The translations under genes and the position numbers were made by a program. A stretch of 64,000 nucleotides of DNA. Origin: Hyaloraphidium curvatum SAG 235-1. Lineage: Eukaryota > Fungi > Monoblepharomycota. This document shows, in pieces, positions 56,501 to 64,000 of the stretch (position 1 is its first letter; each line of letters starts with the position of its first letter). The notes below the pieces were generated by a model. It did not search any database and was not told the DNA's origin. It saw nothing but the letters and a program-made list of their open reading frames with translations. Location of the stretch: positions 1,116,001 through 1,180,000 of the forward strand of contig JAIVFI010000002.1 of the NCBI GenBank assembly GCA_025558095.1, written 5' to 3'.

Positions 56501-58888
56501 ACGGACAACCAGACGTGGACGTCTATCGGCGACGTTCTGAAGAAGGCGGCCGAAGCAGAAGATGCGCTGTGGACCAGATGGTCTGGAGCGGTCGGACTCG
56601 GCACCGTCTTGCGTGCGATTCCGAGGAACCTCGAGGCCTTCGATACCGCCTTGCAGAACCTGCTCTCGTTGCCCGACCAGGAAACCGGCAAGGGCATCGG
56701 CCTAGCGTGCTGCGCTGTGGCCGTCAAGGAGCAGGATCCTACTCTCTTTGAAGAGCTCCTCGAGGTGGCTCTGATTGCACTCGAGAGCTTGGCGGCGAGA
56801 AAGGCAGGATCCAAGCCCGCCGAGTTCCAAGGGGTCGACGGCTCTGCTTTCTTCGTTGGCTGGAGCGCCCCCCTGATTGCGGACGCGGGACTGAGGACTA
56901 GAGCTCGGACGGCCCTGGTCAAGTCCCTGGAATCCGTGAACGAGAAGAAGGACCTCGCCTTGCACACGCTGTTTGCCATCGCGGTGTCGCATTTCTTTGC
57001 AAACGACGCGGATTCGGAGAAGGAGCACGCGGCCAGGCTCAACTCGATCGCTGGGGCAGCCGCCCCCTCACTGTCGTCTGTCGCATCCGTCCCCTCCCTG
57101 CTTGGCTTCGACATGCTCGCGAACCAGCCTTCGGCGACAGCTCTCCCATTCTGCGCCGACGCCGCGGCCTCCACCAAGCTCCTCTCCAAGTTGAGCACCA
57201 TCATGTCTGCCTCGGCCGAGCTCCGACTGGCCCGCGTCGCCGCCATTGCCTGCGGGCGCATCTGCGGGACCACCCTCGAGGAGGACACGGGGCCGGCCCT
57301 GCTGGGAGGCAAGAAGGAGCCTGCTGACCTGTCGCGATTGGAAGCGGAAACGAGCTACGTGCGCGCCGTGTTTGACGGTCTTCGCGGCGGAGCTTCGGGG
57401 AACGTGGGCGACGTGCTGCTCGGTGCACTCGAAACCGTAGAGGGACCTCTCCCGGCCGTGGATTGGGCGCCGCTGGTCAACGCAGTCTGGGACTTGGGCG
57501 ACCTGCGGCGCCGGACGGCGGTCTTCGTTTTCGCAAGCAGGCACTGCGTCGTGTCGGGCTCGCGGAGCCTGCTCGACTTCCTCATGTCGAAATGCGAGCG
57601 CGGACGATGGGGCAGGTACGAGCTCGAGCTGCAGCTGATGGTCCTGGGAGACGCGGGGATCGGAAGGCTGCTCGATATTGCCGGCCTGGAGCCCGCCTGG
57701 GTCGAGGGGGCTGAAGGAGATGGCTCCGAGGACACTCAGAAAATGACCATTGCGCCGACCAAGCTGATCTCGGTCGTCTCCGAGGCATTCGAGGAAGCAC
57801 ACGCCCACGACAACGCTCAGGAGCTGCTTCTTGCGCTCATGACCACGCTGCACGGCCGACTCGCTGAGCACCGCACTTCAAGCCAGCATGACCCCACTGC
57901 CGAGATCCCCGTCGCGGCGCAGCTGGCTTCCCTCCTATGCAGGGTGTTTGTGACGTTGCCGCTGCCGACGGACCTCACCACGCTGCGACTCTTGCGCCTC
58001 GGCACCGAATCGATAGCTTGCGACGCTCGAGTGCTGGACTACTTCCTCGGCGGCGCGTCTGATGGTGACCCCTCCCGCGACGTGGTCAAGGTCTGCGTGG
58101 CGTGGGAGCTCAGCGCGCGCGGCGCGGCGGCCGTGGACTTTGGGATGCCCGCGGCCGTCCTGGCGTCCAAGGTGCTCGAGAACGAGTTCGCGGCTATGGT
58201 GGGCGGGCCGGGTAGGCGCGCGAGAGTGTTTGCCGCGATGGGGGGCGTGGCGACGCAGCTCGCCGCGGAGGAGGCCGCGGAGCTGAGGTCAATGATGGCA
58301 GGCAAGGAGGCCAGGTTGCCTCCGCGGTTGAGGACCGTACTGGCGCGGCGGTCCGTGGTCTTGAAGTGGCTCGGGAGGCTGCTGGACACGGGGATTGTGG
58401 TCGGGAGCGGGTACGCGGACTGCCTTTGCGAGTACGTGTGGCTGGTGGTGGGGAGCTTCGCCGAGATGTGCCTGGGCGGGGAGTGGTGGAAGCTGGACGG
58501 GTTCCTAGTGGCCGACGTGGCCTGCGAGGACGGAGAGGACGCGGTGCGGGGAACCCCGCCGGACTTTGAGTTTGAACCCGCGTTGGCCGAGGAAGGTGAC
58601 GGGGTGATCCTGGCTAGCAGGCTCGGCCGCCTCCTCCTCTCCTTCCTCTCGGGCACTCTCGCGGCGGACGCCAAGGCTCTCCCCGAGATCGCCCCGCAGC
58701 AGATTGCTTCCTCCCAGATCCTAAGACGAATCCACCGGATCTTGGGCCTGGCAAGGGCGGTGGCTTCGGCGACGGACGATGAGGCCGCCGTGCTGGGTGC
58801 GCTTTGGCTCGCGATCGGTGGTGAGCGGACGGTCTTCGGTGCGCTCGTGGCGGCAGATCGAGAGGCCTGGACCACGCTGGCGGAGTGA
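53502..58888 (+). CDS. Large ARM/HEAT-repeat protein, focadhesin/RST1-like
   Basis: About 1700 aa helical protein over 3 exons; DPRAVW and LPAVDWAPLV motifs recall focadhesin/RST1. Confidence 0.55.
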
Positions 58889-59036
58889 ATGGATCCGCAA
58901 CTTGATCATAGAGTCGAAAGCCTGCGTCTTCCGCTTTCCCGATCGGCTTTCCCATTGAGCTCCCCGACGACACAGCCACAAGCAGACCATCCTCCAGCTC
59001 CGCCGTCCTCCGCCGCCGAATCCTCTTCCAATAGAC

Positions 59037-59526
59037 ATGCCTACCGTGACGGGCACCGTTCGCAAGCTCGTGGGCAACCAGATGCCTTCGCCCTTTGGCC
59101 GCCCGGGCGGCGCCGCCTCCCCGCTCTCGGTTCCTGTGCGGCTTGCGCGGACAAGGTCCGCTCCCTCTCCCGCCCGCCTGACCAGCTTCCGACCCCTAAT
59201 AATAAGGTGCACGTATTCAAGGGGGATGCTATATCTCCGCACGACTCCCCGGGGTCGAAGCACGCGGCGGATCTCCTGAAGACGGTTCGGAGCGGGAAGG
59301 ATGGGAAGTACGGGGTCGAGCTGCCTGCTGGGACGTACACAGTGGGTTTCACCCGGCGGCGTTAGCAAATGAAGTCAGACTGAAACTTGCGAAGATTGTC
59401 GCGGAGATCGACGGGAAGCTGTACCTGAACATGACAACGGGCAAGGGACATTGGCATCCTGTCGAGGTCGCAGAGGGAAAGGAAACGGTGTGGAACATCG
59501 ACGATACCTCGGAGGCGTTATTCTGA
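59037..59526 (+). CDS. Carboxypeptidase-regulatory-like (transthyretin-like fold) small protein, 3 exons
   Basis: Exons 59037-59135, 59207-59341 and 59395-59526 give 121 aa: GTVRKLVGNQMP...VHVFKG...SGKDGKYGVELPAGTYTIVAEIDGKLYLN...DDTSEALF. Confidence 0.72.
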
Positions 59527-59697
59527 CGCAAAGGAGCGGAATGGACGTGGGGAGAAGTGGGAATGGCACCTATTGTCGGCGGAGCAATCAATACCAAGGG
59601 CACGATAGTACACACAGCAGCCACGCCAGCTAGAGGAGAAAACACGACACTTCTCCAACCAAGCAAAGCACCAATGGGGCGAAAACGACCCCGGGCG

Positions 59698-60540
59698 CTA
59701 GAGCCCCGCCGCAGCGGGCTGGCTCAGCGCCGTCCACCACATCCGCGCCAGCACCGCCAGGCTGGCAAACTCGGCAAAGGACCGCAGAATGCTCCGCGGC
59801 TTCAGGGTCCCGAAGATAAGCGCAATGACGTGCAGCAGTCGCATGCCGAGGAAGACGAAACAGTTCTCGTCCAGCGTGTCCATGGGCACGGTGAGGTGCA
59901 GGGAGAGGAGGGTAGCGCCGAAGAACCACGGCATGACGTGCAGGGTGCGACGGGAGGCCAGCTCGAGGCGACGTATGAATGCGGCCTTTTATGAACATGT
60001 GTCATGTTTCGAAGAGTGCCGCGTCAGCCCTCTCGTCGCGTCCGGTAGTGAGCCACCCACCGTGTCCGCTCCGAGCCTGTACTCCTCAACGCTCATGATA
60101 GACATTTTTTGATTCGACTGAGACGATCCGTTGGACTCCCGGAGCGCCGCCGCGGCGATGTTCACGGAACTTCCCCGCCGGAGCTTCGGAAAGCCCTCCA
60201 ACGTCCCCGAGCCACCGGGTCCGTCCCGGCCCTGAAAGTACGACGGCTGTGGCGCCACACCGTCCGGTTTTGGCGTCGTCGGCCGTTCCGGACGCGGCGT
60301 GACGGGCCGCCCTTCGTCCCGCTCCCGGCCGTCCGTCCGCGCGTCCCTGCTTCCCCGCCGCACGTCCTTCACCTCTTTGCCGTCCGATTTGCCTCCTCCC
60401 GACGTAACAACCCATCCTGGTTCATCTTCTGGCACACCATTTCGGACTCGAATAACGGCGGCAATGATGTGCGGAAACCACGACAGAAAGAACGACACGG
60501 GAAAGGCAATGTATGTGAAATGCGTCCCGAGGAGGAGCAT
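59698..60540 (-). CDS. MAPEG-like membrane protein with a long hydrophilic insertion
   Basis: IAFPVSFFLSWFPH...; intron 60060-59986; AAFIRRLELAS...MPWFFGATL...MRLLHVIALI...LRS pattern. Confidence 0.65.
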
Positions 60541-60765
60541 GGCGAAGACGGCGGCGGTGGACCGCAGAGTGACCGCGAGAGTGGCCGCACGGTGTTGCCC
60601 CAAAGCGGTGGAATCGTCGCCGGGCGCCGCGTTGAGCCGATCGCGCGAGCAGGGTGGCACAACATCCGCAGTGTCCCCCTCTCCCTCGCAGCGTAAAGGG
60701 GGTTTCTCAGCAACCGATTCTCGCGTCTTTACCTTCCATCAGTCATTAGACGCGTCGGAGCGGCA

Positions 60766-61991
60766 ATGGAACGTGGTGGTCGCGCTCCGCTCCCCACCGA
60801 GGCCGAGATCGTAGACTACTTCAGCAAATACAGCAACTGGAACCGTTGGGGTCCCGACGACGTCGCTGGCACGCTCAATCACATAACGGAGAAACACGTT
60901 CTCGATGCCGTCAAGCTCGTTCAGGAAGGACGGACTGTCTCACTTTCGTGGGATGTGAACTTCAATGCAATGACGAAGGACACCAATCCTGGCGCCGGAA
61001 TCCCCATGAGGCACATGCAAGCGACGGGTGGTGACCGAGGCACTGGAGCTGGTCTGCCCGCTAGCGCGTTCGTCGATAAGGATGGCAATCCTACTGCGGA
61101 GCGTGACAAGGCCGTCGCAACGCAGCCTCATGCCACCTCGACTGGCCCGAGGGGCTCCGGCGCCGGCGAATGGATCTCGTTTACCTTCCACGGCTACACG
61201 TTCACGCACCTCGACAGCCTCGCACATATGTTCTGGGATGGCCGGACGTACAACGGCTACGATGCCGCGGCGACGGTCAACCTCGCCCGCGGGGCGGAGT
61301 TGCTGGATGTTGTCGCGGCCGGGCGAGGCGGGGGCATCGTGGGCAGGGGTGTGCTCCTGGATGCCGCGTCGTTCGGGATCGGCAGTGGCGGCAGCGGCGA
61401 GCTCGATCCGGCGACGGGGATCCCGCATAGGTGGATGGAGCCAGGCGAATTCGTCACGGGCGAGGATCTGGAAGCGATTGAAAAGGAACAAGGAGTGCAA
61501 GTGCGCAACGGCGACCTCAGTACGTGAGCGTGCTTCTCATTTGAGCCTGTCCGCATTGATCCACTCCCGTGCTGCCTTTCACCATCAACGCTACCTCCTC
61601 CTCCTGGCCCACTCGCCTTTTGATCAACGCAGTCTTCCTCCGCACCGGTTATGGTCTCAAGAAACGCCTTCACGGCCCCGACGACACCGGTGCCGTGGGC
61701 CGCGCGGGCTGGCACCCGTCCTGCATCCCGTTGTTCCACGCCCGTTCCGTTGCCTTGATCTCGGCGGACACCGCGCAGGACGCGCACCCGCACGCCTACC
61801 CGTCCTTCAGGAGTCCTGTGCACTCCGTGGGGATCGTGGCGATGGGGCTGTGGCTGCTGGACAACGCGGACTTGGAGGAGCTGGCAAAGGAGTGCAAAGC
61901 GAGGGGCAGGTGGGAGTTCATGTGCAGCGTACAGCCGTGCCGCTTCAAGGGGGTCACGGGATCGCCGGTCAATCCCGTGGCCATCTTTTGA
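60766..61991 (+). CDS. Cyclase family (kynurenine formamidase-like) metal hydrolase
   Basis: NWNRWGPDDVAGTLN, HGYTFTHLDSLAH, GRGVLLD, GDL-IFLRTG across intron 61520-61632, and GSPVNPVAIF. Confidence 0.92.
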
Positions 61992-62018
61992 GCAGGGATC
62001 TGTTTGTGTACGGCAGCC

Positions 62019-63103
62019 TCACATCTCGAGAAAGGCAATCCCGTTGCTGATCACCTTGACCTTGCGCTCCGGCACAGAGGTCTCGAACGCGACCACCCTC
62101 CGCCCGCTCTCCGCGTCCTTTCCCAGGTCCCACATCTCGGTCCGCAGCGATTCGCCCGGGTAGACGGGGCTGGAGAACCTGCAGCGGATCACGCGCAGCC
62201 TGCCGGGCACGTTGGAGCACCAGCTCGAGAGCACGGCGCGGGAGGCGAAGCCAAAGGTGCAGAGGCCGTGCAAGATGGGGTTGGGGAACTGCTTGCGGGC
62301 GTACTCGGGGCTGATGTGCAGGGGGTTCGTATCGCCCGAGAGTCGATCTGGCCGCAAAACAGTCAAAGAAGGTACTGAGGAACTCGCGACGACGAGACCC
62401 ACAAACGATGGCCTGATCCGGCGTCGTCCGCTCCTCCACCACCTTGTCCGCCGGCCGCTGCGGCACTCTCCACTTTTCCGCCAGTTCGTCCCGAGGCCTC
62501 TTCTTGCCGCCGAACCCGCCCGCGCCGATCACGAACTGCGTCGAGATCCATCGAGCCACTGGCTTCCCGAAACCCCGCTCGGCCAGTAGGTACTCCAACT
62601 CCTGGATCATCCCCTTGCCGGCGTCGTACAGGCCGATGATAGAGGTGCGCATCTCGAAGCCGTCGCCCGAGTCGGGAGGAATGCCGTCGGGCGAAAGGAG
62701 CTCAAAATGCTGCTCGCCGTGGACGCCCATGCCGTCCTTGGCCCCGGGGACAACCACCCTGGTCTTTGCGGTGCGGTCGAAGAAGGGGATCACGTCGAAT
62801 GAGTCGCCTTTGTGCTAGCACGAGGGTTTAGCGACGCAGAACTCCAGGGTGGAGGCAAACACGAACCCGAAGCACGCATGGATAAGTTGGGAGAACAGAG
62901 AAGCCCGGCGAGAGCTCATAGGTGAATCGCAGATCCGTTTCCCCGATGCCGACTCTGGTGAGAGGTTCGGGAACGAATCAGGTTGCGGTGGGGGCAGATG
63001 ACGCTCGGCAGACCACCCACGCGTACAGAATAACATCTCTTCGGTTCCACTTCACGGGCTCAACCCGCGGAGGGATCTTGCTGATGTCCGGAACGAGCGA
63101 CAT
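62019..63103 (-). CDS. MaoC-like enoyl-CoA hydratase 2 (stand-alone MFE-2 hydratase domain)
   Basis: WNRRDVILYA, VHGEQ, GAGGFGG, RLSGDTNPLHISP, PILHGLCTFG and FSSPVYPGE. Confidence 0.92.
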
Positions 63104-63358
63104 TGGTGGGAACGCGTCGCGGGAGACAAAGCGGGGACCACGATTGAACAGTCCCCGGCTGTCCGATCCGCCGGAAAGCGCGCAGAACCAAACGTTCTGT
63201 AGAGATTCGTAATCGCACGGCACTAGTTTGGCCGCGATGCGCCAAAGTGTCCGCCCCGGGGAGACGGCCGATCCCACAGCGCTGCGCCGCTTGCCGCTGA
63301 TCGGCGCCAGAACTTTCGTTGACAAACACCGAGCCCTCCCGCGCCGCTCCTCTGCTCC

Positions 63359-64000
63359 ATGCCGCCGGCGTCTGCCGCCGGACCCCCGGCCCGGCTCTCG
63401 CCGTTCGGCGAGGCGGTCGCCGGCGCCGCTGCAGCGGCGTTTGCGAACCTCCTGGTTCGTCCCCGACACGGGTGCGCTGCCCGGACCTGCTGACCGCCCC
63501 GTCTTGCCAGGTCTATCCGCTGGACGTGGTCTCGACGCGCATGCAGGTGCAGTCGAGGCGCCGCGAGGCTCAGGGGAACCTGCCCGACGGGAAACCGGGG
63601 CTGGATCACCACGCTTCGGTCGGGTACGCCTCGACGCTGGACGGCCTGGTCAAGATCTTTGAGCAGGAGGGCGTTACCGGACTATATGCCGGGTTGCAGA
63701 CGTCTATGGCTGCCACATTGTGGGTTCTTGGCCCGGCATGTGCTTCTTTCGCGCCCGTGACCCTTGCTGCCGCCGTCAGGCTGAACAACTTCTCCTATTT
63801 CTACGCGTATTCCATAATCCGCCGGGCATACATCCGCGCGAATCCCGAACCCCCTTCTACCATCGTCGAGCTCCTCCTGGGCATGCTGGCGGGCGCCTGC
63901 GCCCGAATCTGCACGACCCCGGTCAACGTCGTCACCACACGGTATGTTGCCCTCAACTGCGACCGCATTGGCCGTTTCTCACATTCGGACAATCAGGCAA
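63359..64000 (+). CDS. ANT1: Mitochondrial carrier family, peroxisomal adenine nucleotide transporter (Ant1-like); runs off the window end
   Basis: AVAGA...VYPLDVVSTRMQVQ, EGVTGLYAGL, NFSYFYAYS, ELLLGMLAGA and TTPVNVVTTR. Confidence 0.82.

Overview
GC-rich eukaryotic DNA with short GT-AG introns and CTRAY-type branch points. It is fungal, judged from a Zn2Cys6 factor, an Sfp1-like zinc finger and a Bxi1-like gene; the gene mix suggests an early-diverging, chytrid/monoblepharid-like lineage (inference). I can support about 30 protein-coding loci. Conserved genes: Sfp1-like, SAPS, Bxi1, class 3 lipase, two DHA1 MFS transporters, SDR, GMC oxidoreductase, carnitine acetyltransferase, ZIP, focadhesin/RST1-like, hydratase-2 and ANT1-like carrier. 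Bacterial-looking genes: PhyH, GNATs, alpha/beta hydrolase, cyclase and a carboxypeptidase-regulatory-like domain protein. A fast-turnover accessory set includes an F-box family with three disrupted copies. The most interesting signal is an intronless 7-TM protein (50724-52166) whose loop pattern and C-terminal motif resemble the insect gustatory/odorant-receptor-like (7TMIC/DUF3537) ion-channel superfamily. A decayed paralog at about 2349-3570 is split by a PIF/Harbinger transposon remnant. No rRNA, tRNA or CRISPR array is evident. All family calls come from motif recognition by eye, with no database search; most ORFs in the track are GC-rich shadow ORFs.
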